From positions 60,388,001 through 60,452,000 of the forward strand of contig NC_135656.1 of the NCBI RefSeq assembly GCF_964188315.1: 64,000 nucleotides of DNA. Reading direction: 5' to 3'. The notes beneath the pieces were generated by a model. That model was not told where the DNA came from, did no database searches, and worked only from the letters and a program-made list of their open reading frames with translations. Source of the DNA: Podarcis muralis. Its lineage: Eukaryota. Numbering within the stretch: the first letter of the stretch is position 1; each line of letters begins with the position of its first letter. A program made the translations under genes and the position numbers. This document shows positions 1 to 11,312 of the stretch, one piece after another.

Positions 1-192
1 CAGAATCTTCAAAACAATTGTCAGATGTTCAACCAACAATATCACACAGGATATGTCACAGGATAGCCAGAAAAGGGTTTGGACCACTTTCCCTCACTTG
101 GTACTTTACCTTTTTGGACTTTATAAAGTATTATTTGTCCAAAAATACACACATTTTAAAAATGCAAGGGTTAAACATGCCCAAGGAGGCAG

Positions 193-194
<2 letters not shown>

Positions 195-278
<84 letters not shown>
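195..278. repeat. Compound microsatellite (CT)n(CA)n
   Basis: Perfect CT run 195-242 followed by CA run 243-278. Confidence 0.98.
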
Positions 279-281
<3 letters not shown>

Positions 282-842
282 TCTTCCTTGCTCCAGCCTG
301 CCCTTCTCTTTCCCTTGTGGGATAAGGTAGCCTTTTATAGGCATGCTTGAAATCCTTCACCCAGCTCCAGATGGTTTACATTATCCACAGAACACTCAGA
401 GGGAAAGGACAGAAGGCAGTATGGTACTTCCCTAGAACAGGATTCATACAAATACTGACTGTTAAAATTGCAAGGACACCTTCACTCTATCACAGGACAG
501 AATCAAAACTGTACATCTGCTCACTGTTATCAAGCGAGATCTCCAAAAGCAAACACAAAAGTGAAAAACAACAACACTTTTTTCGTTGGTATCTCTTTTG
601 GAAACTGGCAGCAAGCCACTCATTATTACTTAAGGCAAGAGACCACTGCTTGTGTACATAGTATATCATATTGTTAGAAGAGATAGTATGTGCATTTTTT
701 TTTAAACACACTTATTCTTCCACTAGTTTGAGAGGTTTGGTATTTTTGGTGGGGGAACACTCAATAACCAATTCCATATTCTGGAATACACACAAGTAAT
801 TCGAAACTGGTTTAATGCCAAGAACTAAAAGATCATGACTAT

Positions 843-924
843 AGATTCAGGTAGGTAGCCATGTTGGTCTGACACAGCCGAAATAAATTTAAAAATTAAA
901 CAATTGTCCAGTAGCACCTTAGAT
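843..924 (-). mobile_element. Penelope-like element (Neptune-type) 3' terminal fragment
   Basis: GGTAGCCATGTTGGTCTG...TCCAGTAGCACCTTAG matches the reverse of the copy at 39984-40135 and resembles recalled reptile PLE ends; flanked by 11-bp direct repeat ATCATGACTAT (832-842, 925-935). Confidence 0.65.
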
Positions 925-1512
925 ATCATGACTATGTTTGAGTACAGTACAATCACTATGTAATGTAGATTACTTTGGTTTCAGAGTGTTATGCTTGAGT
1001 TAATTAAACTAATTTGTTTTCCAAAATATGATATGTTTCAGCCCAAAACATGGAAGGGGAACCTAAGAATGCTTGTGGTCCTCAGCCTAATTTCATGTGG
1101 ATTGACAAGGAGGAAAAAGCACTTTTGGTTCTGGGCCTGTCCATTGCCAGCGTATGACAAACTCACACACCCCCTGCAACAGATTACTCCCAAAGGAGCT
1201 AATGTTACAGAATTACAACAACAGTATCAAATTGACTTTGGCTGCAATCATAACCTCACTTTCCTAGGAATATGCCCCACTAAATTCAATATGACTTACT
1301 TCTGAGTAGACATGGTTACAACTGCATACTTAGGGCTATAACCAATGAAACTGCCCTATTCATGAAAGTTTCTCCTCTCCTCCCCCTGCATGCCCCAAAT
1401 CTGTCAGCAGAATCTGGGGTGGAGGTAATGGGATAGGGGTGGGGAGTTGCACAAGCAGAAGTCCTTTTGAGAATGGGATTACTCTGTTAGAAACCACCCA
1501 TACAGTACAACG

Positions 1513-2275
1513 CTGAGAAGCAAGTTCTATGGAATTCAATAAGACTTTGTTGTTGTTGTTTAGTCGTTTAGTCACGTCTGACTCTTCGTGACCCCATGGG
1601 CCAGAGCACACCAGGCACTTCTGTCTTCCACTGCCTCCAGCAGTTTGGTCAAACCCATGCTGGTAGCTTCGAAAACACCATCCAACCATCTCATCCTCTG
1701 TCGTCCCCTTCTCCTTGTGCCCTCCATCTTTCCCAACATCAGGGTCTTTTCCAGGGAGTCTTCTCTTCTCATAAGGTGGCCAAAATATTGGAGCCTCAGC
1801 TTCATGATCTGTCCTTCCAGTGAGGACTCAGGGCTGATTTCCTTCAGAATGGATAGGTTTGTTCTTCTTGCAGTCCATGGGACTCTCAAGAGTCTCCTCC
1901 AGCACCATAATTCAAAAGCATCAATTCTTCAGCCATCAGCCTTCTTTATGGTCCAGCTCTCACTTCCATACATCACTACTGGGAAAACCATAGCTTTTAC
2001 TATACAGACCTTTGTTGGCAAGGTGATGTCTCTACTTTTTAAGATGCTGTCTAGGTTTGTCATTGCTTTTCTCCCAAGAAGCAGGCGTCTTTTAATTTCA
2101 TGGCTGCTGTCACCATCTGCAGTGATCATGGAGCCCAAGAAAGTAAAATCTCTCACTGCCTCCATTTCTTCCTCTTCTATTTGCCAGGAGGTGATGGAAC
2201 CAGTGGCCACGATCTTCGGGGTTTTTTTGGGTTTTTTGAGACTTACTCCCAGGTATAAGTGCATTAGGACTGCAG
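1513..2275. mobile_element. Old short repeat (MITE-like) split by a Bov-B insertion
   Basis: Left flank GAAGCAAGTTCTATGGAATTCAATAAGACTT and right flank ACTCCCAGGTATAAGTGCATTAGGACTGCAG join into a motif resembling fragments near 1290-1330 and 8240-8285. Confidence 0.45.
1548..2238 (-). mobile_element. Bov-B (RTE clade) LINE, 5'-truncated 3' fragment
   Basis: Minus ORFs 1929-2264 and 1572-1889 encode the RT C-terminus (HEIKRRLLLGRKAMTNLDSILKSRDITL...QYFGHLMRREDSLEKTLMLGK); (CAA)n tail; 6-bp TSD AGACTT (1542-1547, 2239-2244). Confidence 0.95.
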
Positions 2276-3318
2276 ACTAGCATATTTTTTGACTAATATC
2301 CATAAAGAGGTAAAAAGTTAGAAATCACACTAAAAGCTTGTTGAAATTTGTGCATGCACAACCAGAGTTTTACCTCTGTCTACTACAGAAAGACAAGTTA
2401 ACAATGTTTTTGGTGGCAATAGTTCACATGAATTTAAGAAGCTTGTTTTAAAAATCTTGCCCCAGTATAAAGCAAAAAAATTCCATCTTTAGCATGGTGA
2501 ATGCTGCGAACAAACACAAAAATGTATAAACAGGGAGTGGAGCTTATGTCCTTGGATAACCTCCCCAAGACCTTTTAAATAGCCAAAGGAATTGGGGCAC
2601 ACATGCAACGGAGAAAGTCATATTTATCCGTTTCAAGCTCTTGCAAGTAACTATAAAGTGCAATTGCTAATATTTAATAATTGTGTTAATAACATCCTTG
2701 CAGCAACCAATTGATGTGGCTTAGCATGCTCTTACAAAAATGAGCCCTTTTTGACAATACGGTTACTTGGTACAGAAACCATATGAAGACAATATACAAG
2801 AAATGGCATTGTGAAACAAGCACCTGTTTATCATTTAGCATCACATGACACTGAATACGAAAGAAACAAAGCAAGTCATGGATGAATTTAAGAAAATGAC
2901 TCGGTGATCAACCTAAAGCAATAACACTCTCCACATTCCCAAGCCTAAAAATACTTCCTGAGCCCCTCAGGCAGGAATTTTGCTCACTCAGCTACAATCT
3001 CTCCCTGGGCATTTTCATGGATCCAGATGCCCTCAAACTACCCTTGCTTCATCCCTTCTCTATATGATTGGCCCCAGGTCATATATGCCCCTGCACAATA
3101 TCTTCTTCTCACCTGCACTCCCTCTGCAAAAGGCTCTTTCTAAAAACACTGCTATCCAAACCCCGTTTCTCCTTGCACATGCCTAGGCCTTTTGCTCTAG
3201 CCTCAATGTCCTTTTAAACATTTCCACCTGTTATTATGGATATGACATCAGGGTTTCTCACAAAATATTTTGTTTCTCTTACAGTTGAGAAAAATTATTT
3301 ATTAATTACTGAGATATA

Positions 3319-3560
3319 CAGTGGTACCTCGGGTTACATACGCTTCAGGTTACATACGATTCAGGTTACAGACTCCGCTAACCCAGAAATAGTGCTTCAG
3401 GTTAAGAACTTTGCTTCAGGATGAGAACAGAAATTGTGCTATGGCGGCGAGGCAGCAGCGGGAGGCCCCGTTAGCTAAAGTGGTGCTTCAGGTTAAGAAC
3501 AGTTTCAGGTTAAGAATGGACCTCCAGAATGAATTAAGTACTTAACCCAAGGTACCACTG
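3319..3560. mobile_element. Tc1/pogo (Tigger-like) MITE, copy 1
   Basis: TIRs CAGTGGTACCTCGGGTTA / TAACCCAAGGTACCACTG, TA on both sides, 242 bp; near-identical copies at 22820 and 28087. Confidence 0.92.
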
Positions 3561-3562
3561 TA

Positions 3563-3714
3563 CTACCTTTTCTTGCAAGGAGCTCAAGATGGTAAACATG
3601 GTCCCCCCCCCTTCCCATTTTATCCTCACAACAACCCTCTGAACTGAAGCACATTAGGCTGAGAGACAATGACTGGCCCAAGGTCACCCAGTGAGCTTCA
3701 TGGCTGAGTGGGGG
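3563..3714 (-). mobile_element. Degenerate MIR/Squam3-like SINE body
   Basis: CCCATTTTATCCTCACAACAACCCT...GGCTGAGAGACAATGACTGGCCCAAGGTCACCCAGTGAGCTTCATGGCTGAG, homologous to the core of 4537-4796. Confidence 0.7.
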
Positions 3715-4536
3715 TAACTGTCATGATTCCAATACTGCTCTTGGTGACTCAAAATGCTTTTGTAGCCAAGACTATTCTGGCCAACTGAGGGTTGGTTTAA
3801 ACATGCATGACTGCCACTTAGGGGCTACACAATGTGTGAATTAATTGCCATAGACCAAACCCACAGGTAAAGTGTTTTCATCGCCATCTCTCACCTCAAA
3901 TGCATTAATGAAGACTGTTCCAACTCTTAGCCATAGATATTGAGAGTTGAGTAATCATACCTCTTCTCAGAAGTTCTATAATCATGCTAAGCAAGCATGC
4001 AGTGGGGAGGGAAAAGGGCGATTAAGCATGCTAGCTTTGCCTCCCTGCCCTGGGTCACCATTCTGATTGCCCTTCACAAAATGAAGAGTGGTCTTCTGAA
4101 ATGAGGAGGCTCCTGTACCCTGATATTTCTAGAATGTGTGGGAGCTGAATCCTAGGGGTGGATGAGCCTGGAGGAATGTAGTTTACCTTGCAGTACAGTC
4201 TTGAGCGGCTGCACTAAACAAAAACCAGAAACCTAGATTAAATTCCGTACAGACCTAGCTACTGGACAAGGCAGAGAAAAACAAAAAATGGTAGGCTTAG
4301 CCGTCAGCTCAGGTTCAGTGTAGGTTTCAGTTTTAGGTTATAAAGGGAAGCATATCAGCTAAAAGTTTTTGGTGGTGGTGGTGGGGGACATCAGTCCAAG
4401 TTAAAAGTGTCATATTTCAGAGCAGCTAAAAACTAGGTTGCTCTGTTTTAAAACACACAACCCTAATCAGTATCAGCTTTAAGTTCAGTTTTTTAAAAGT
4501 AAAAAACTAGTCTGTTTTAAGAGTGTAAATCAAGCT

Positions 4537-4796
4537 GAAGAAGAGGAGGAGGAGGAGGAGTTTGGATTTGATATCCCGCTTTATCACTACCCGAAGGAGT
4601 CTCAAAGCGGCTAACATTCTCCTTTCCCTTCCTCTCCCACAACAAACACTCTGTGAGGGGAGTGAGGCTGAGAGACTTCAGAGAACTATGACTAAACCAA
4701 GGTCACCCTGCAGCTGCATGTGGAGGAGCAGAGACGTGAACCCGGTTCCCCAGATTACGAGTCTACCGCTCATAACCACTACACCACACTGGACAC
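4537..4796 (-). mobile_element. Squam3-like tRNA-derived SINE, near full length
   Basis: Minus strand starts CCAGTGTGGTGTAGTGGTTA (A-box) with GGTTCACG (B-box-like), MIR-like core, L2-like 3' end and (CTC/CTT)n tail. Confidence 0.85.
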
Positions 4797-6229
4797 TAGA
4801 GGGTAGCACTTAGCGTCCTCAATGTCCACTTCCCTGAAAGAATCCCAAATTCTCACCTGACATCTTTCTTAATTACCACTCATTGTCCACTTCTCTGACA
4901 AAAATCTCCTTATCCAGGAGGCTAAATGGACAACCTATATGTAAGTGGGAATTGCCATGGGAGTCCAACATAGCCATATTTGACTTCAAGGGTAGAAACA
5001 TCTAAAACAGGGCAGTGGGGGAGATTGGTAAAAAGAAATTGAAAGGGAAAGTGAAGATCAGATCTCTCCAGAATGTGCATTGGTTATTTAAAACCATAGT
5101 AATATAAGCTCAGCTAGAATGTATAAGGGAAGATACCACCTCGGCCATGAGGACAGCAAAGTGGTTAACAAGTAGAGACAAGGAAACTGCTAACAGTTTC
5201 TAACAAGGTATCTCTGCAACTTTGAAATGTAAGATTTACTTCTGGATTTCCACACACACAACCCCCCCCCCCGGCCACTAGAAGCATGACGGAATTAATT
5301 TTATTGTACAGTTGTAAGCTTTATGAGCCTGTATCAAATTAAACATCAGGGGGAACAAGTCAGTCCACTTCTAACAAGTTATGCCAACATCTGAGGCAAA
5401 GTGAGTTTTTGGCCATTCCAGTCCAGTGGGTAGACAATTGTTTCCTGTTTTCAAAATGTTCATTCTGCGGTGGTAGACTTGCCCGTAGAACTTATTTCGG
5501 TTCATATTATATGCATCATACCAAATACTATGATGCTGTAAGCTGATGTCAGACATTACATTTTAGCAGTTGCGTTATTGCCTTGTTTTCTGTTATTCAT
5601 TAAATATGCTGGAAACATGATTTAAATGGTTGATTTCTGTTGCACAGCATGCACTAGTTTAAATACTTATTGAGAGGGAGATTAAAGATGAGGGGAAGTC
5701 AAAGGGGAATGAAAAACAATAAAAGCTATAGATGAGAATGGAAAACATGAGGTGCGTGAAAGTTACCAGAATTGTCAGGGGAAAAGAGACTGCCATTAAA
5801 ATGCCCATCAATCTCCTTACACAGTCGCAGTAAGGAATCACAACAGCAGATAGTGGACTAACTCTAGGGGACAGTCTTTGATGCTGACATTGGTGCTCTT
5901 GATGATACTCTGTCAATACAAAGTGCTTTGGGAAAAGAGGTATGTGGAAGGGAAACTATGAACAATGCAAAAATAAATAAATAACATTATGGTTGTTTAG
6001 AAAGCTTCAGCTACAAAACACCATCAATCTATACCTGTGCCAAATATGCTTATTCCTACTGGATTGCTAAATAGAACTGTACCCATATATTACTTTAGTA
6101 CTTGGTTCATGCTGCTCACTTTTGAGTTTTCTGAAGATCCTTTCTGAAGGAAGCACTACAGTGAGAAACCTTTCTCACAAAAACTCCTCTTCCCCATTCT
6201 TTTAGATTGTCACAACTTTTAGGGCAAAG

Positions 6230-6590
6230 GGGACAATGGAGTGGATCCTTAAAGAAGGAGCAGGGGATGGGCACCCATGAGGGATCCACTTAAGGAATCT
6301 TGGTAGGGGCAATTCCTGTCCAGAAGCCCAGCTCAGGGGCTGATGGGCCTTGGTATCCACTGCCAATTACAAGGGGAAGCTCACCATACAGAGGTCCATG
6401 CTGTGGTGGGCAGCCATACTGGTCAAGCCCAGCTATCAAATGACAGGCAGCCTGGTTGACTGCATAGATTCATGCCCAAGGTCCAGGCCAAACCTACTGC
6501 ACTGTAACCAACAAAGTTGTGGCCCCATTTTATCCAAATCAGAATGTGTTTGTTGTTGATTATTCCTGCCCCTGCATGGGTCCACAAACA
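6230..6590 (+). repeat. GC-richer LTR-like interspersed repeat fragment, class uncertain
   Basis: Local GC shift; ends with degenerate poly(A)-signal-like AACAAAGTTGTGGCC; no termini or TSD identified. Confidence 0.3.
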
Positions 6591-7013
6591 CAGTCATCAA
6601 AAAGCACAAGATTTCTCCTTACTGACTTCCAGAACAATTCTTTTTTTAAACAATTCTTTTTAAAAATTTAACTTGCTGCTATCTTCAGATTTTACTTAAT
6701 AGTGATAGATCTAGCTGTGGCATGATCTTTCCTACTTAAGATATACCAGCAGCTCAACACATCTCTTCAACCCAAAAGAAAAGAGTTAAGTGGATTCAAC
6801 ATATGGCCCTTTCAAGAAGGAATCTAGTTCCATTTAGCAAATAGGTGTGTAGAAGAAAACAAGGGGATGAACTCTCTTTATCTTTCAACTGCCACTGCCC
6901 TTTTATGTACTATTACAGCAAGATGCCAACAAATATTTTAGCAAAACAAGTGCCTGGACTTTTTTTTACAGTTGTTTCCTTACACATTTTAATGAAAAGG
7001 CATTGATCTACAT

Positions 7014-7130
7014 CAGTGTTTCCCAAACTGTGTGTTGCACCACACTAATGTGCTCAAGGAAAGTGCTTTTGTGCTGTGAAAAATCAACTATTTGATTCAT
7101 TAGTGCCCCCTGCCAAAAATCCTCACCGCC
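7014..7130. mobile_element. hAT-like DNA transposon end fragment
   Basis: Begins CAGTGTTTCCCAAACT, a typical hAT/Charlie TIR; no partner TIR found. Confidence 0.35.
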
Positions 7131-7245
7131 AGACAAATGGTGTTTGTAGTTTCACAGTGTCCACCTCTGATTGTTGGTATGATTGATCCGTAATCACAAC
7201 CAGTGCAGAGAAGCACAACGATTTGCACTCAGGATAGAGTGAACG

Positions 7246-7670
7246 TACATGGTTTAGAACTGGAGCATATGAAGGACCACCTACTTCCACATCACTCTCT
7301 CCATATGATGAGATCATCTTCCCTCTGAGTACTTCCATCCTCTGGGTTATGGTGGGTGGCAAGTGTGGAGAGGACCTTCTTGGTTTTGGAATGCTCTCCT
7401 GCAAAGAGGCTTGCTTGGCAGTCACTCTGTCATTAGGGTGTGGGGTGGGGCGCCTGGTGAAAACTTTTTTGCTTTAACAAGTGCTTTAAATAAGAATTCT
7501 AAATTCCTGATTAGTCCACGCTGCTTTTATCCGCTGTTTGTACTTGTGGTTTTCACTTGTATTTTGTGGATTTTATGGTTCGTATTTCTTTGTTTTTAAT
7601 CTGTTTATAAGCCACCCTGGAAAATATTATTTTTGAAGGGTGGGGCATAAGTTCATTAAATACAATTAAA
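7246..7670 (+). mobile_element. Degenerate L2 LINE 3' end
   Basis: Degenerate homology to the end of the L2 at 56253-57549 (GAGCATATGAAGGACCACCTAC, TGGAATGCTCTCC) plus AT-rich tail with TAAGCCACCCTG...AGGGTGGGGCATAA. Confidence 0.7.
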
Positions 7671-9729
7671 CTCTGAGCCTGAGGCACTTTTCTGGGCATG
7701 AATCTTACCAATCAGGAGCAATGCCCAGAGCACTGACGCAGTGCAGAGATAGAGAGTGCAGCTTCCCCTAAGGGTTGGTAATTCTCTGCACCTTGGAGCA
7801 TCAGGCTTCCCCCTACGCTTCCCTCAAAGTGAGTCAAAGAATGTAGGATCAAACAGTCCAGAGAACGCTCCAAAAAATATCCCCTTGAAGAAGTCAAAGG
7901 GGCTGGGGAGCAATCAAGTCACGCAAAACAGCACAGAATACTAGAGCGATTTTTACAACGCAGCTGAAAATGAATTGCAACTATTGCTGTTTTACTGTTT
8001 GTTCTCATGAATTTTACCGCCTTCTGTGGGGTACACTTTTTTTTGTTAAAACATGGGATACAATCCTTTTCTTCTTTTTTTTAATGAAGCAATTTCCCCC
8101 TTTCAGTAAAGTGCCTTGCTCAGCTTTTCAGTTTAGCACATATACAGGAATCACCTTGAGAATTTGTAGAAAGGTGACCCAAAAGCTGTGTTATAGATCA
8201 ATATAAAAGGTTAAATCCTAAGCATATTTATCTCCACTGGGGTTAATGGAACTTACTTCTGAGTAGATATGGTATGGGTAATCTCACAAGTTTCAGAGCT
8301 TTTGAAGTATGCTTGGAAAAAAATGACCCTGCTTCTCAGATCCTCAATTATTTTGCCTGAACAAATAAAGGCAGTTCAGCACAGGATATACTAGTTGCTT
8401 CCACTGGCTCTTCAGACTACTGCTCAGAGTTGTCTCTGTGTGTGCATGTGTGGATCCTAACAGTGCTTGATCTCAAACATATTTTTGGTATTCAAAATGG
8501 TTTGCAAATGCCCAGTAGGAAAGCAGATGTCCTTCCCTTCATCCCCAAGGTTTTATTACATTCTGCTTTGAAACACATTTCAGTTTCAAAGACAACTCTC
8601 CATCAGCATTGTGGCTGCTGTTCAAGAAGCACATCCAAAGCTCCCTTGGATCCATCTATAGTTATTTGGATCCTGGCACATGAGCTTTTAAGAGTTATTA
8701 GGCAATTAGAGTGATGAATACAAACTAAATGTTTAAAGAATATGTCATTTCATATATTCCAAAAAGATACCTTTGGTTTATACAGCTCCAATAAATTTGC
8801 TCATAGAGTTTATGATAAAGAGTGAATTAAATGTGTTGTGTTGAGTTTCACTGCAATAGTTGGATATATCTGAACAAATGTTTCTTACAAAAGCAAATTC
8901 TCTCTGAGTTCCACTCTACAACTGGAATCTTCAAAATAGTTTGAGGCAGTTCATATCATTTCACTTTAAAAGTTTCAAAATGATAAAAATAAGGGGGTAC
9001 AATTTCAGATTGGGAAGGTTATTCTGAGAAATGCTTAATAGCCAATGATGTGGTATAGTCAAGTGCCAAGAGAAAGTATTGTAGTAACAGAAGAATACAA
9101 TTACAATTACTGACTACAGAGACTACGCCAATGTCTGGTGCAGTCACAAGAAGAAGTAAAATTTCTAGACAGTCATTGTTGTCTAATAAAGATATGAAAA
9201 AAATTACAATTTTGACCATCTCGTACAAGGTCCTAGGACACTTGCATTCCTTGGCTTTCCTTACTGGACTGGTTAAGGCTACCTCCCTTCAGTTTACTTC
9301 CATGACATATTGGTTCCAGCATGAAGTCATTTCAGTTTTCTAAAAAGGATCAATACATTTCTAGCCATTTATCATAATATACTGGCCATGCTTGCATCCA
9401 ACACTAAACCACAATTTAAAATAAACTATGGCTTAATGTACACAAACCATTTGCTCCTCCTTTGACAGTGCCAACTAAGGATTAGGAAGCAAGACAGAAA
9501 CTGGCATGTTGTGATGTGTGAACCAGGTCTCATTGTTTGTTTCCTCCAAACAAGAACAGACCTTGGCTTCTGCTTATATATTCTAGTTTGGAGAGAAACA
9601 AACAGTAAGTCCAGGTTCCCAGATATTGACAAGCCGGACTCTGGCTTGTCCCCCCCCCCCCAATGCAACACAGTCAGGAGCGAGGGAGAAGCTATCTGCT
9701 TGTACAGGTCAGTCTCATACACTTTAGAT

Positions 9730-9837
9730 CAGGTATGGGGAACAACAACTCCCATCAGCCCTAATCAGCATGGCCAATGGTCAGGGATGATGGCAGTGTT
9801 CAGCAACATCTGTCCGACCAAAGGTTCCCCAAGTCTG
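9730..9837. mobile_element. Degenerate palindromic hAT-like MITE
   Basis: CAACTCCCATCAGCCC...GGGATGATGG...CAACATCTG...GGTTCCCCA, same family as 12761-12896. Confidence 0.7.
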
Positions 9838-11240
9838 TGACAAGGAACAGCATTGGAGGCAGATGTCTTCTTTAATTAATTTATGAGGGCCAGATTCAGC
9901 TAACTATTCCTGCTAAGCAGGACACAAGGACTTCCCCCATTCCTCCACCTTCAAGGCCCCCCCCCTAGCTCTCTGGTTGGTGTGTGTGTGTGAGACAGAG
10001 GGGGGGGGGGATCCCCAGAACAGTGTACAGGGAAAGGAGAAGGAGGAGAGTTCTGTCTGAAAAGCAGAAAAGCAATAAAGCATAGCACTTTACTGAATTC
10101 CTCAATTTATTACTAAACTGCCGTTCCTTGGAGGAAGGACACAAGCAATAACACAATCAAAGCATCTCAAAACAATTCCAATACAGATGTAGACTGGGAA
10201 AGATGTTTATTTTGTGTAGCCTTTACTACACAGTACACTGTCTTTTTTATATTATTATAGTGATTGCAATGTTGGATAATTTTTGTAAACTGCTTTGACG
10301 TTTCTTACAATCGGGCGGTGTATAAATTTTATGAAATAAATAACCATTATTATAATGCTATTATTGTTACTGTGAAATAATGCTTTGAGCTCAGTATTTG
10401 TTGCTTGAAAAGGAAGAATACAAATGTTAATTCAAAATCCAGTAAGGTAGTGAATATGTTGAATTTGCATTTGTTGGAAGGAAAGAACAACCTCACCCCT
10501 AACCTTCACCTCTGCCAGCATCCGTGACTTTCTTGTTCTGAGAGAAAATAGACCCAAGATCCCAAAGGATCAAAACAAGAGCACCAGAGTCAGATACGAT
10601 TCATGGTTGCCTGGTTCCTCTTCATTTCATGACTGACAAAGTAAAATAAATTAAAACCAACTGACTAGAACAAGTAAAAAATAATAAAAAGAAATGGATG
10701 AACCTGGAGAATCAAAAGCTTATGACAACATTAGCAGGAAAGCCTGCTTCTGCATGCAAACAGCCCTCACTGTGTAAATGGCCAATTAATTTATGAGAGC
10801 CAGATGTTCTTGTATACTGGAGCTGTTTACCTTTCTGCTAGGCTCTTTGATGGACTGATAGATGTCACCATGTTACAGCAGCAGGGAAGAAGAAGAAGAC
10901 ACACAAAAGAAAGACCAGCTCATTCTTCTCCTCCTTTATTTTTTCCTTATTCTCTATTTGCAGTTTACAGGATCCATAGGAAAAACAAGTACAGGACTCA
11001 TAACTAAAACAAATACACACTTCCTTTGAACAAATCCCACCATAAAGTTAGGAGTGAATCACCAAAGAACTAGTAGAACCCCACTCAAACAACAGCATTA
11101 AATACATGCCTTAAAACTACTGCTCTCACTCAAATAAATAACCTAGTATTAAAATATATATATACTAATGATTTAGGAAATCAGAAGATACAAGCATGGC
11201 ACAAAAATAAGGAAAAGAACCACAATTGTGCCAAGTACTA

Positions 11241-11312
11241 AGAACATTAAGAAGAGCTCTGCTGGATCAGAACAAGGGTTCATTTAGTCTGTCTTCTTAT
11301 TTCCCACACTGG
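11241..11312 (-). mobile_element. CR1-type 3' tail fragment (LINE or SINE)
   Basis: AGAACATTAAGAAGAGCTCTGCTGGATCAG...CATTTAGTC resembles the reverse of recalled reptile CR1-like 3' ends. Confidence 0.5.

Noticed and set aside
18-360. ORFs with SLSLSL/HTHTHT/ERERER runs (also 59255-59600)
   Set aside because: Translations of CT/CA microsatellites.
1588-2280. 230-aa plus-strand ORF and similar antisense ORFs at 27024-27584 and 50070-50627
   Set aside because: Antisense shadows of Bov-B RT, recurring in each copy.
7123-7425. Minus-strand ORF with apparent acceptor and donor (ESIPKPRR...FVWR)
   Set aside because: Mostly lies antisense to a decayed L2 3' end; the exon-like look is likely coincidental.
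9019-9228. Hydrophobic minus-strand ORF (LLDNNDCLEILLLLVTAPD...)
   Set aside because: No convincing donor, no recognisable protein; AT-rich sequence readily yields hydrophobic ORFs.
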